Notes: generated by a model from the letters alone, not told the origin. Numbered from the stretch's first letter, positions 7,673 through 16,642 are shown. The stretch: DNA of 61,853 bases from an uncultured Ignavibacteriales bacterium (GCA_964516945.1 CAZFAL010000001.1:1-61853); one strand, 5' to 3'. A program made the numbers and translations.

Positions 7673-10600
7673 GCGCTCTCTCCCAGAATTGCATCAGTTA
7701 AGTAGTGAACCAGTTGTGCGGGATGCCAGTATTCTCTCATCCATGTGTATGTTTCCCGCTGGAGTTGCAGTAATCTGTCCGGCGCTTTCAACAACGCTTC
7801 AATTCCGGCGCTTAGTTCGGATTCATTTTTAACTATGAGCCAGGGTAATGTGTCAGTCTGCAGAGTTTCGGCTATCATATTTCTGCCGAACTTATCGACA
7901 TAGACAAAATTGACGAGTCCCAGCGCTGAGTTTTCCAAGGAGGACATACAGTAATAGCCGTCATTGACTTGCATTTGATCTAAAGCAATCTGCCCCTGCC
8001 GCTTCAACGCCAGCGATTCCGCATACGAAAGCCCGGTTTTGATAGCCAGCGCGACGTGCGGATATTTCGGAGCCAGCTCTTTGACTACCCGTTCCAATTC
8101 CGCCGAATTTTTGATTGGCGGGTCTGTCGGGGTTTGCACAATCAGCGCCTTCTCTGATGGTTTGATATCACGCTGATAACGCTCTGCGTCAATGTCCAGC
8201 CACGTGGGCACATACAGCGCGTCCTGCCAGCGGCGCTTCAAATCCAGTTGCCCGGTGGCAACGCGCCACTTCTTTTCTTTGGCGTAATGGTCCCAGTACC
8301 AATTGGAGTTTTTGCGCGTGGATGTCGCTCCGAAAAAGAATGCGACACATGGTTTACGTTTGCTATAATCCGCCCAGTCCAGCTTGCCCCAGAGCAGACC
8401 GTCAGTGTCATCCAGTCTTTGGTCGCCCAGATTCATTTTCGGATAGGTGCAGGCTGAAAATACCAGCACATCGGCTTTCTCGGCGAGGTAACGAAGCCGC
8501 TCTTCTTCGGAAATAGTCAGTTCATTGATTGGAGCGTCATCACCGGCCCAACCCTGGCGGCGCAGGACAATGTCACTGTCGAAGCCCCGTGTTTCCTTAA
8601 ATGTTACAACCCGACAGAGATGCTCAGTGTGACGATTGATAGCCCGCGCATACATCGCCGCATTTCCGCAGGGGTCCGCTGTTCCAATCCAGAGTATTCG
8701 TTTGCCGCCGCTTTTTTCCTCGGGAAAGTCCGGATCCACTCCATATCCCAGCCGCGACTCGGTAGGTATTCCGGCAGACATCGCAGTTGAGCGAGGCCCC
8801 GGCGCGTTGCTGATGACACCCCGCTCCCGTTTCATTTCCGCAAAGTAGGCCTCCATATAGGCGCGGTATTCTTTTTGTGATTTGGGAATATCCGCCTGAT
8901 GTGTCACCTGCCCCGGGTGAAGACGATAATACACCAGCGCCTTGGGAATAAACTCGAACTTGTAGTGATACCCCATCTTGTGCCACAACGCGCCATCAGC
9001 GCCATAGCCGATTTTGCCGCCCAGCTCTTCGTCAAAGTAGCCGGTTCTTTCCAAAGCGCTCTTGCGGAACATTACCGAACAGCCATGGATAGGATTACCT
9101 TTGAACATCTCTTCAACGAATGTCGCGCCATCGAGCGCCTGCACATTCGCCCTACCTTGCAATTGCGACTGCGCAGACATATAGAAGAAATCACTATACA
9201 CCCAGCCGACCTCCGGCTTTTCCGACAGCAGTGACACATTCTCCCAGACTTTATCGGGATGGTAGGCGTCATCTGAGGAGAGCCACGAAATAAACTTCCC
9301 CTTTGCCTGACGCATCGCGGCGTTCAAGGCCGCTGAAACACCCTTGTTCTCCTGTGTGATGACGGTAATCTTGTCGGGGTACTCCGCAGTGTACTGCGCG
9401 AGAATTTCCTGTGTGTTGTCAGTAGAGCCGTCATCGACCACCACAATTTCAATGTGTGGATACGTTTGTGATAGCGCCGAGGACAACGCTTCGGGCAAAT
9501 AATCGGCGCGATTGTAGGTGGGTACCACGATTGACACCAGACCGAGGTCAACCGTTTTGTCGACTATCTTTTCCGGTGTGGCGCTGACTTGTTCTATCAC
9601 GTCACTGACTTCTCTGACTTGCCGCTCCAGCCCAAAGTTCGCTTCAATATGTGAGCGGTACTCTTGCGCTAATTCAGCCCGGTCCTGATTCATCATCTTC
9701 TGCACAAGCTTCAGACAGTCAGCGGCGGTCAGGAAACGACAGGATTCAGGATACACATTGTCCGCACCAAACCAGTCATGCACCAACGGCAAGACCCCAC
9801 TGGCCATGCCCTCCGCAATTGAGAGATGGAACGATTCGAACAGAGATGTAGAAATCACAAAGTCCATTCCACGATAAAACGCAGGCATATCATCTATCCA
9901 GCCGTGGTACTGTATTTCAATTCCCAGCTTGCGCGCCATATCCCGCATATACAGCTCAAGACGCGGGTCTTGTTGCTCACCTGCGATATGCAATTCAAAC
10001 TCCGGGTCCCAATCATGGATGGCCTTGAAACAATACAGTAATAACTGCGGATTCTTCTTGTAATTAATATAGCCGACGGAAGCGATTCGCTTGCCGTACT
10101 TCTTCTTTGCCGGGACAGCAAACTTCTTCACATCAACGGCATTGTAAACTACATGCCGCTTCACTGATTTCGGGATTCTTTTCTCCATCAATGTCTGCAC
10201 TGAATCATTGACAAACACAATGGCGTCAACCTTACTCCAGTCAATCTGCGCCGGCATATCAGTAAATGCCTCATAGCTGTGCAAACGGCAGATTATCGGA
10301 CAACACTTCGGCAAATGATTTGTAACCTGAATCAACAACTGATCACACCAGTCAAACCAGGCGACATCACACCATTCAAGCGCCTGCTTCATTTCCATCA
10401 GGTTGCCCTGCTGAATCAAGCGTGTTTGGTTGTCGCCATCCAACGCGGTCATCAATTCTTTCAGGAATGACGGTTGTGACGCAAAGAATGCAATGTTCTT
10501 GCCGGTGATTGTGACAGGCGACTGCGCTGTTCGAACATTTGCTGAGCGCATCTTTGAAGCTCTGCTTTCGAGCGCAGCGCTAATCTCATCTGCAAGCGCT

Positions 10601-11259
10601 TCTGTTCCAGTGTCTTCGACAACAACACCGGCGCTACCGTTGTCAAATTTTTCTTCCCATGTGGTAAGCTCGACGTTTGGACACTTCTTGCGCCACAGAT
10701 TCAAGTAGCGGCGTCCCCGCCGATAATCGCCGGCGCCCTCACACAAACCTAAGAGCCCGGCAAAACTCTCATCAGGATTCTCAGATTTCCGAATCGACTC
10801 TATGAAAGACTTCAAGGCCTCGTCAAACTTCGCCAGATGTGTATATGTAATTCCCAGGTCGCGCAGCATCGCCGCATCCGCAACTCCGGCGCTTTCGGCC
10901 TGAGAGAATATGTCCGCCGCTTTGGCGAATTCACCGGCTCTGAAATGAGTCAGAGCCAGATTGTGATACAGGTCGGGATTCGTAGAGTCAATTTTCAGTC
11001 CGCGTTCAAACCAGGAAACTGCGTCGCGGTCTTTCTGAAGCGTTGCCGCAAGGCAACCGGCCATCATCACCAAACTGGAATTAGCCGAATCCTTTCCGGC
11101 TATCTCGCAAACGAGCGGATAGGCCTCTGCAGTCGCCCCCTGAGCCAGAAACGTGTTTGCCCGCCTGATAAGATCATCAGCGACAGACTCCGCTACAGTA
11201 GCGCCGCCTGTTTCAGTATTGTGTCGTTCCTGATTTGAATAAGAAGAAGAAGATTCCAT
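7669..11259 (-). CDS. Multidomain glycosyltransferase (1196 aa): TPR + GT-B (GT4-like) + GT2 + C-terminal domain of about 350 aa, unassigned and possibly GT-B-like
   Basis: TPR region at about aa 1-190. The GT4-like region at about aa 250-520 ends in FESFHLSIAEGMASGVLPLV. The GT2 region at about aa 575-790 contains VSIVVPTYNRADYLPEALSS...VVVDDGSTDNT...SSDD. The C-terminal domain at about aa 850-1196 contains CMSSLENSALGLVNFV. Confidence 0.8.
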   Translation of the reverse strand: MESSSSYSNQERHNTETGGATVAESVADDLIRRANTFLAQGATAEAYPLVCEIAGKDSANSSLVMMAGCLAATLQKDRDAVSWFERGLKIDSTNPDLYHNLALTHFRAGEFAKAADIFSQAESAGVADAAMLRDLGITYTHLAKFDEALKSFIESIRKSENPDESFAGLLGLCEGAGDYRRGRRYLNLWRKKCPNVELTTWEEKFDNGSAGVVVEDTGTEALADEISAALESRASKMRSANVRTAQSPVTITGKNIAFFASQPSFLKELMTALDGDNQTRLIQQGNLMEMKQALEWCDVAWFDWCDQLLIQVTNHLPKCCPIICRLHSYEAFTDMPAQIDWSKVDAIVFVNDSVQTLMEKRIPKSVKRHVVYNAVDVKKFAVPAKKKYGKRIASVGYINYKKNPQLLLYCFKAIHDWDPEFELHIAGEQQDPRLELYMRDMARKLGIEIQYHGWIDDMPAFYRGMDFVISTSLFESFHLSIAEGMASGVLPLVHDWFGADNVYPESCRFLTAADCLKLVQKMMNQDRAELAQEYRSHIEANFGLERQVREVSDVIEQVSATPEKIVDKTVDLGLVSIVVPTYNRADYLPEALSSALSQTYPHIEIVVVDDGSTDNTQEILAQYTAEYPDKITVITQENKGVSAALNAAMRQAKGKFISWLSSDDAYHPDKVWENVSLLSEKPEVGWVYSDFFYMSAQSQLQGRANVQALDGATFVEEMFKGNPIHGCSVMFRKSALERTGYFDEELGGKIGYGADGALWHKMGYHYKFEFIPKALVYYRLHPGQVTHQADIPKSQKEYRAYMEAYFAEMKRERGVISNAPGPRSTAMSAGIPTESRLGYGVDPDFPEEKSGGKRILWIGTADPCGNAAMYARAINRHTEHLCRVVTFKETRGFDSDIVLRRQGWAGDDAPINELTISEEERLRYLAEKADVLVFSACTYPKMNLGDQRLDDTDGLLWGKLDWADYSKRKPCVAFFFGATSTRKNSNWYWDHYAKEKKWRVATGQLDLKRRWQDALYVPTWLDIDAERYQRDIKPSEKALIVQTPTDPPIKNSAELERVVKELAPKYPHVALAIKTGLSYAESLALKRQGQIALDQMQVNDGYYCMSSLENSALGLVNFVYVDKFGRNMIAETLQTDTLPWLIVKNESELSAGIEALLKAPDRLLQLQRETYTWMREYWHPAQLVHYLTDAILGESA

Positions 11260-11303
11260 GTGCGGTCCAATCGCATGTATAGATTTCAGCTCTGTCCATA
11301 GAG

Positions 11304-11954
11304 CTAAACGCCAATAGTTTCCTTCCGGCGCTGTGTTTTTGAGAGCGATGTTTTTGAGAGCGATGTTTTTGAGCGCGGCTTTGAGGATGTCCTTGACGTA
11401 TTGCGCTCAATGGTTTCCTCTGCAACCGATTCCTCTGCAATCAATGGCTCACACACTGAGTAGCGGGAATTAACCAGCGCCAATTGCTTTGATTGACGTG
11501 TGAAGGTGTTAATAACAACCGGACCCTGTAAATTGGCGGTCATCTCCCGCGGATTCCCCGGGGCCGTAACAATGACATAGGTCTCAACTTCAGAGCCGTC
11601 GACAACACCGATATCTTCAACCTCTTTGGGATTTACTTCAATGCTGTAATCCGGAAAAAACAATGTCGGGTTAATGAGCAGAAACGCCAGCTCCGGAGCT
11701 TCCATGGATTGCAACCAGATAAACGGCGCCATTTCTTCGCTCTCAACAAGAATGAAGAAACGATAATTCTCGAATCCCAGAATCGGTTTTTCCAGAGTTA
11801 TACTCTTCCCGGCTGCGATATGCAACTCGCCAAATCTGGTAGTCTTGACCATTGTCTCAGTTGCCCGGGTAGTCGCTTCGATAGTTTTCTTTCGAGTATC
11901 ACCCTCTTGAACAGCCCCTCGAACAACATTCTGTGTCATATCTCGCATAGTCAT
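11304..11954 (-). CDS. fliW: Flagellar assembly factor FliW (CsrA antagonist), with extended termini; start uncertain (11954, 11948 or 11852)
   Basis: FliW core: TTRFGELHIAAGKSITLEKPILGFENYRFFILVESEEMAPFIWLQSMEAPELAFLLINPTLFFPDYSIEV. A basic, Ser-rich C-terminal tail of about 35 aa is encoded partly by a 15-bp tandem repeat. Confidence 0.85.
   Translation of the reverse strand: MTMRDMTQNVVRGAVQEGDTRKKTIEATTRATETMVKTTRFGELHIAAGKSITLEKPILGFENYRFFILVESEEMAPFIWLQSMEAPELAFLLINPTLFFPDYSIEVNPKEVEDIGVVDGSEVETYVIVTAPGNPREMTANLQGPVVINTFTRQSKQLALVNSRYSVCEPLIAEESVAEETIERNTSRTSSKPRSKTSLSKTSLSKTQRRKETIGV
11335..11379. repeat. 15-bp tandem repeat (two full units plus one degenerate unit) inside the fliW 3' end
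   Basis: The unit gtttttgagagcgat occurs twice, followed by gtttttgagcgcggc. In the fliW frame this encodes SKTSLSKTSLSKT. Confidence 0.9.
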
Positions 11955-12024
11955 TTCCTATATGCCGTTTCTTATATACATGTTGTGCGCCATTGCTTCG
12001 ACTGACGCTGAATTATTCCGCCCG

Positions 12025-13959
12025 CTATCTCAGGAAGTCGAGAAGTGACGGTTGAATTATCTTCGACGAGGCTATCAGCCCGGCGCGATAATTGTTTTCA
12101 TGGGATGCGAGCTTTGTCACCAACTCAGTAATATCCGCATCCTCAACTTCACTGAGCTGCCTCACCGTTTCAAACTCATTATTACTTAATTGCCCTGCTG
12201 TGGCGTCCAGCCGGTTTTGCTTGGAGCCAACGCCGCCGCGCAGACTCAACAGTTGATCCATCCCCAACTTCAAAGTGGACATAATCTTGTTCATGTCATC
12301 TTTTGTGATGTCTTCGGCGCCGGGCTTTTCGAGTTCATGTTTCAACAGAATCATCGAGCCGACCAAATCACTTGACCCAAAGATTCCAAGCGCGCTGGCA
12401 GTTTTGGAGCTGTCTGCATTTTCTATCGTAAAGGAATCAGCCGGATTGTTAGAGACAATTTGAAATCCGCTGTTTGTGGCGTTTACTGAGGCAGTCACAT
12501 TCAAGCCACTGGCGTTGATGACGTTCAGCATATCGCCAATAGTCACAATTGAGGGATCGGACAGGTCTATTACTCGCGATGTCATCCCTTGTGTCATTTT
12601 GATAGAGCCAAGCGACAAGCCGTTCGAATTGTTCAACCTCGACAATGGCGTGTTCGTTGTCAGATTCGCATTCACATCTGTACCAGCCAGATTGCCGACA
12701 AATGAACTGGATACGCCCAGGTCAGCAGCGGTCGTACCCGCTCCTTCTCCGATTGTAAAAGCCGCTCCGGGATTTAGCGCTCCACCATTCAAAACCGGCG
12801 CTACAAGGCCATTGATTCCAAGATTTGAAGCCGTCGTTGTGCCGGGATTGTCTTCAAACACCAAATCCAGCGGAGCCCCGTTGCTGTCGGTGATGTCGAT
12901 TCCGGTTCCGGCGCCATTGAGCGCCGCTGTGACATTGCTGACACCATTGGCTGTCAACTGAGTATTGATAGCGTTGAGAACATCACCAACAGTGGAGGAG
13001 GCGCTCAAATCGAGCTGAAAATCTATCGCTCCTGACTGGCTCCTGACATGGACGCCGCCCTGCAAATCCACACCCGCCTCACCATTCAAATGCTGAATTC
13101 CGGTTGACGCAGACACCAGTCCATTGGACGTTGCTGCGAATGTAATATTATTACTTCCGCCTATGCTGGCAGTCAGATTTGTGATACCTCCGGCGGTCAA
13201 TGCGTTATTTATCTGCGTGAGCGCATCGTCAATCGTGGTCGGCGGTGTCGGGACATTCAAGTCAATGACAACACTGGTCCCCAAATTGTCATCTGTGACG
13301 GTAAATGTGTTAATATCAATCCCGGAGCCACCCTGCAAATCCGCCAATAGTGTGGCGCCGTCAATCCCAACCTGCAAATCGGATGTCGCACCCTGAGCGC
13401 CTAATTGCTTCAGTAATGTTTCCTGCGCATTGAGGTTCAGTTGGATGGTGACACTGTCATCAATCTCAACTGACATTGCGCCGGTATCACCGACATAACT
13501 GATGCCATCCGGTGAACTGACTATCGGCGCGGTATCCGTCTTGTGGCCGGAAAAAATTCTCCTGCCGCTTTGTTCGGTGTTCACCAATTGCAACATGCGC
13601 TCAATGGCGGACTTTGCCTCGTTCAAGAATGCCGGACGGGCTTCCGGGGAGTCATTGCTTTCATTAGTCACCGCCAAAGCAATGTCCATCGTCTGCTTGG
13701 CGAGGTTGTTCATGTCCGTTAGTGTGCTTTCGTAACTACCGAGCAAGCTGGTTCCAAGACTGATATTCGTATTATATTGCTCAATGCGGGACAATTGGCT
13801 ACGAAACTCTATTGTGCGTTGCAAAGCTAACGGATCATCGGAAGGTCGATTGACACGTTTGCCGGTGGTCATTTGCTCTTGCAGACTGAGGAAAGAGGAT
13901 AGGGACCGCTGCAGATTCACCAGCGTCTGGTTTGCAATCATGTTATTTGTTACACGCAT
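12025..13959 (-). CDS. flgL: Hook-filament junction protein FlgL (HAP3), about twice the usual size (644 aa)
   Basis: Flagellin-like N-terminus (MRVTNNMIANQTLVNLQRSLSSFLSLQEQMTTGKRVNRPSDDPLA) and C-terminus (...ENNYRAGLIASSKIIQPSLLDFLR). The central part has three related segments resembling the flagellin IN motif. Confidence 0.85.
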   Translation of the reverse strand: MRVTNNMIANQTLVNLQRSLSSFLSLQEQMTTGKRVNRPSDDPLALQRTIEFRSQLSRIEQYNTNISLGTSLLGSYESTLTDMNNLAKQTMDIALAVTNESNDSPEARPAFLNEAKSAIERMLQLVNTEQSGRRIFSGHKTDTAPIVSSPDGISYVGDTGAMSVEIDDSVTIQLNLNAQETLLKQLGAQGATSDLQVGIDGATLLADLQGGSGIDINTFTVTDDNLGTSVVIDLNVPTPPTTIDDALTQINNALTAGGITNLTASIGGSNNITFAATSNGLVSASTGIQHLNGEAGVDLQGGVHVRSQSGAIDFQLDLSASSTVGDVLNAINTQLTANGVSNVTAALNGAGTGIDITDSNGAPLDLVFEDNPGTTTASNLGINGLVAPVLNGGALNPGAAFTIGEGAGTTAADLGVSSSFVGNLAGTDVNANLTTNTPLSRLNNSNGLSLGSIKMTQGMTSRVIDLSDPSIVTIGDMLNVINASGLNVTASVNATNSGFQIVSNNPADSFTIENADSSKTASALGIFGSSDLVGSMILLKHELEKPGAEDITKDDMNKIMSTLKLGMDQLLSLRGGVGSKQNRLDATAGQLSNNEFETVRQLSEVEDADITELVTKLASHENNYRAGLIASSKIIQPSLLDFLR

Positions 13960-14030
13960 GATAATTGTAGCCGTTCGTTACAGGGGAACATTATTCACAG
14001 GAACAAGTTGTTCTCAGAAGCATATTTCTC

Positions 14031-14204
14031 TTAGTCCTCGTGATAGACAAATCCGCTGTCGTAGCCGTTTTCACGGAATCGATCCATCACATTCTCACGT
14101 TTCCGGCGGTTGTCTTTGTCTTCTTTCGTGCGCGAGCGGTCGCTCTTCTTACTCTCATCAACACTCGCTCTGTCGCTATCCAACTTATTCCTTCTGCCAA
14201 ACAT
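14031..14204 (-). CDS. Small hypothetical protein (57 aa, highly charged) between csrA and flgL
   Basis: Below the ORF-track size cutoff. Read by hand: MFGRRNKLDSDRASVDESKKSDRSRTKEDKDNRRKRENVMDRFRENGYDSGFVYHED. An AAGGA Shine-Dalgarno lies 9 nt upstream of the ATG, and the ORF is on the same strand as the surrounding operon. Confidence 0.35.
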   Translation of the reverse strand: MFGRRNKLDSDRASVDESKKSDRSRTKEDKDNRRKRENVMDRFRENGYDSGFVYHED

Positions 14205-14232
14205 TCTCTCAGATCCTTCTTGAATGATTTAT

Positions 14233-14547
14233 CTATTTCCCTCTGTTCTCACTGTCAGGATGGTTGCGCTTGCCCTTTTTTAAGGACACCTGCGTCTTTT
14301 TGTCCGGCGCCCCGGTTATCTTCCCTTTTAATGTAGATACAACATTGAGAATGTCATCCTTGAGCGTTGTCGACGCTTTGCGATTCTCCTCTTGTATCTT
14401 GACATATATTTCCTCACGGTGGACAATGACATCGATCGGCGCATCCACGCCGATACGAACCTGCCGTCCATATACGCCAAGCACGGTGACTTTTATATTG
14501 TCACCGATGGTGATTGACTCACCCAACTTCCTTGTTAAAATCAGCAC
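14233..14547 (-). CDS. csrA: Carbon storage regulator CsrA (flagellar FliW-regulated type), with a long C-terminal extension (104 aa)
   Basis: Canonical [48 protein letters not shown]. The start is GTG with a GGAGG Shine-Dalgarno. About 45 extra C-terminal residues are present. Confidence 0.9.
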   Translation of the reverse strand: MLILTRKLGESITIGDNIKVTVLGVYGRQVRIGVDAPIDVIVHREEIYVKIQEENRKASTTLKDDILNVVSTLKGKITGAPDKKTQVSLKKGKRNHPDSENRGK

Positions 14548-14631
14548 CTCACCCTCCGTGGTGGTTTGCCGTTATTGTCAATATTGTCTCCGGACACTTA
14601 CATCCGGGCAACGTTCACTTCAGAGCGTTAT

Positions 14632-16041
14632 TTATCTGCCAACAACACCCATATTGTTTATCACTGTATTAAACGCCTGATCAACGGTTGTGATGACACG
14701 CGCAGCGGCGTCATAAGCATGTTGCGCGCGAATGAGATTCGTCATCTCTTCATCAAGCGACACACCCTGCACCGCTTCTTTACTTGCTGTTATCTGCTGC
14801 ACAACCAGTTCAAAGTTCTTACGAAAGTTTTTTGACTGACTCGCCTCAACACCAACGCCCCCTACGATTGAGCCATAGAATTCGTTGAATGTTCTTGTGC
14901 CGCCGCTCATCAAACGCAGTGTCCGCATCTTCGACATATCAAGCGCGTTTGACGCATCGCCAATTTCACCCGATTTGGAGGCCGCTATCAATGAGACATC
15001 ATTGAGAACTTTCGAATCTACCGCTATCGTTTGCGCATTCACCGTCGCTGGATCAAAAAAGTTGTTTCCTGTCGGAGCGCTCACTGCGCCGGCGGCTTTG
15101 ATACCATATCCAGCAGAATGAATTTTGTTTACTTCAGTGACCAGTGAACGCGCGAGCTCGTCGAGTTGATTCAGGTATTTTGGGATAACCTCGTCACGAG
15201 TCTCCACCAGGCCACGTATTTCGCCGTTAAGATTCTTGATAACAGTGTCTGTGCCTTTCAGCACAATTGAGCTCTTTTGCTGCCCGTTAATTGTCTCAGT
15301 CTTTGTATCAATTTCATATTGCTGATTGCCGTCAACTATCGCCATACTCCCGATATACACTCGCGCGGCGCCGTTTGTATCCTCGACAACGTTGACATCC
15401 ACGAGATCAGACATTTGATCTATCAGCAAGTCCCGCCTGTCCCGAACATCGTTGGCGCGGGCGCCGTCGAGCTCTGTACGGGCGACTTGTTGGTTGAGAT
15501 CGGCAATCTCTCTGCTCAAGCGATTGACTTCTCCAACCCGATTACCCAAATCACGGTCTACCGAGTCACGGAGAGCATTCAACTGGCTACTGAGTTGGCG
15601 AAAATCACTTGTCAGGGTCACCGCTTTGGCGACAACATCATTGCGCGCTGTACTTGATTCCGGCGCGTTTTCCAATTGTGAGAATGAATTGAACAAATCA
15701 TCCATGTGGGTGCGCAATGACGTGTCACCCGGTTCATTGAACATCGTTTCCAACTGGGAGACGATTTTCTCTTTGAAGCGCCATTTACCCAGCGATTTGT
15801 TCTCCTGACGCAATTGTGCGCCAAGGAACATGTCACGCACTTGACGCACACTTTCCACTTGCACACCGGAGCCGACAAGCCCCAAACCGGTTTTTAGCGG
15901 TTGTGACGCCGCCAGTCGCACACGTTGCCGTGAATAGCCGGGAGTGTTAACATTGGCGATGTTCTGCCCAATTGTCGTCAGAGACATTTGGTGGCTTAAC
16001 AGAGCGCGTTTACCGGATTCTAATGTTTGAAAGAGTCCCAT
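14632..16041 (-). CDS. flgK: Hook-associated protein FlgK (HAP1)
   Basis: MGLFQTLESGKRALLSHQMSLTTIGQNIANVNTPGYSRQRV at the N-terminus and ...VSLDEEMTNLIRAQHAYDAAARVITTVDQAFNTVINNM at the C-terminus. I chose the ATG at 16041 (AGGAGA Shine-Dalgarno) over the TTG at 16062 given in the track. Confidence 0.9.
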   Translation of the reverse strand: MGLFQTLESGKRALLSHQMSLTTIGQNIANVNTPGYSRQRVRLAASQPLKTGLGLVGSGVQVESVRQVRDMFLGAQLRQENKSLGKWRFKEKIVSQLETMFNEPGDTSLRTHMDDLFNSFSQLENAPESSTARNDVVAKAVTLTSDFRQLSSQLNALRDSVDRDLGNRVGEVNRLSREIADLNQQVARTELDGARANDVRDRRDLLIDQMSDLVDVNVVEDTNGAARVYIGSMAIVDGNQQYEIDTKTETINGQQKSSIVLKGTDTVIKNLNGEIRGLVETRDEVIPKYLNQLDELARSLVTEVNKIHSAGYGIKAAGAVSAPTGNNFFDPATVNAQTIAVDSKVLNDVSLIAASKSGEIGDASNALDMSKMRTLRLMSGGTRTFNEFYGSIVGGVGVEASQSKNFRKNFELVVQQITASKEAVQGVSLDEEMTNLIRAQHAYDAAARVITTVDQAFNTVINNMGVVGR

Positions 16042-16045
16042 TTGT

Positions 16046-16567
16046 TTACACTCTCCTGTCAAGCGTCAGACTCAGACGCTGTGTATCAGCATCCGGTCGC
16101 ACTTGCTTTGTTCGGCTGTCGACATATTCTGCGCCTTTGACTGAAGGCGAGCCCATACGGTTTATCATTTTGAGCGTTTCGGAAACCAGCTTGCGCGATT
16201 TATCTATCAAGAATGAGTTGCGCTGACGCTCCTCTTCGATTTTCTCGTTGAGCTCAAGTATTGTTTCGCGCATCGTCTTTAGTTGCGCGCCTTGTTCGGC
16301 TGTAACCGACTCCAGCAGTCTTGTCACTGTCACATCACCATCGATATCATTTTGACGCGCTATCTCTGCAATCAGATTGCGCCGGCGTATATCGAGCATG
16401 CGACTGCGCGCAAGTTTTTCCCGCTGGTCCCCTGTAACCTGGTTAAGACCGTCAATGTTATTTGTGACAATCATCTCTCGCTGACGGTCCAACAGATCAA
16501 GGAACGATGCGAACAACTCCGCCTCCTGATTCAACACTCCGATAAGTTCACTCACGTCTACCGCCAT
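16046..16567 (-). CDS. flgN: FlgN-family flagellar export chaperone (start uncertain; the track gives a TTG at 16627)
   Basis: A helical protein of about 170 aa (LNQEAELFASFLDLLDRQREMIVTNNIDGLNQVTGDQREKLARSRMLD...) immediately upstream of flgK, the usual flgN position. Confidence 0.65.
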   Translation of the reverse strand: MAVDVSELIGVLNQEAELFASFLDLLDRQREMIVTNNIDGLNQVTGDQREKLARSRMLDIRRRNLIAEIARQNDIDGDVTVTRLLESVTAEQGAQLKTMRETILELNEKIEEERQRNSFLIDKSRKLVSETLKMINRMGSPSVKGAEYVDSRTKQVRPDADTQRLSLTLDRRV

Positions 16568-16642
16568 TATATTCCACTCCACTGTGCGCTCGTTCTTTCG
16601 AGAAGCGCCGGTATGGGATTTGCCCAATATGGGACAGTCCCC

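Noticed and set aside
11213-11440. 75-aa minus-strand ORF with QKHRSQKHRSQKH
   Set aside because: This is an alternative-frame reading of the 15-bp tandem repeat. It overlaps the fliW 3' end and the start of the 1196-aa gene.
16568-16627. N-terminal extensions implied by the longest-ORF starts: flgN 16627, flgK 16062, fliH 26493, der 47996, cutA 52346
   Set aside because: Most of these starts are TTG or GTG codons. They lie inside or overlap the preceding gene, or add non-conserved residues. Internal ATGs with better Shine-Dalgarno sequences and canonical N-termini exist.
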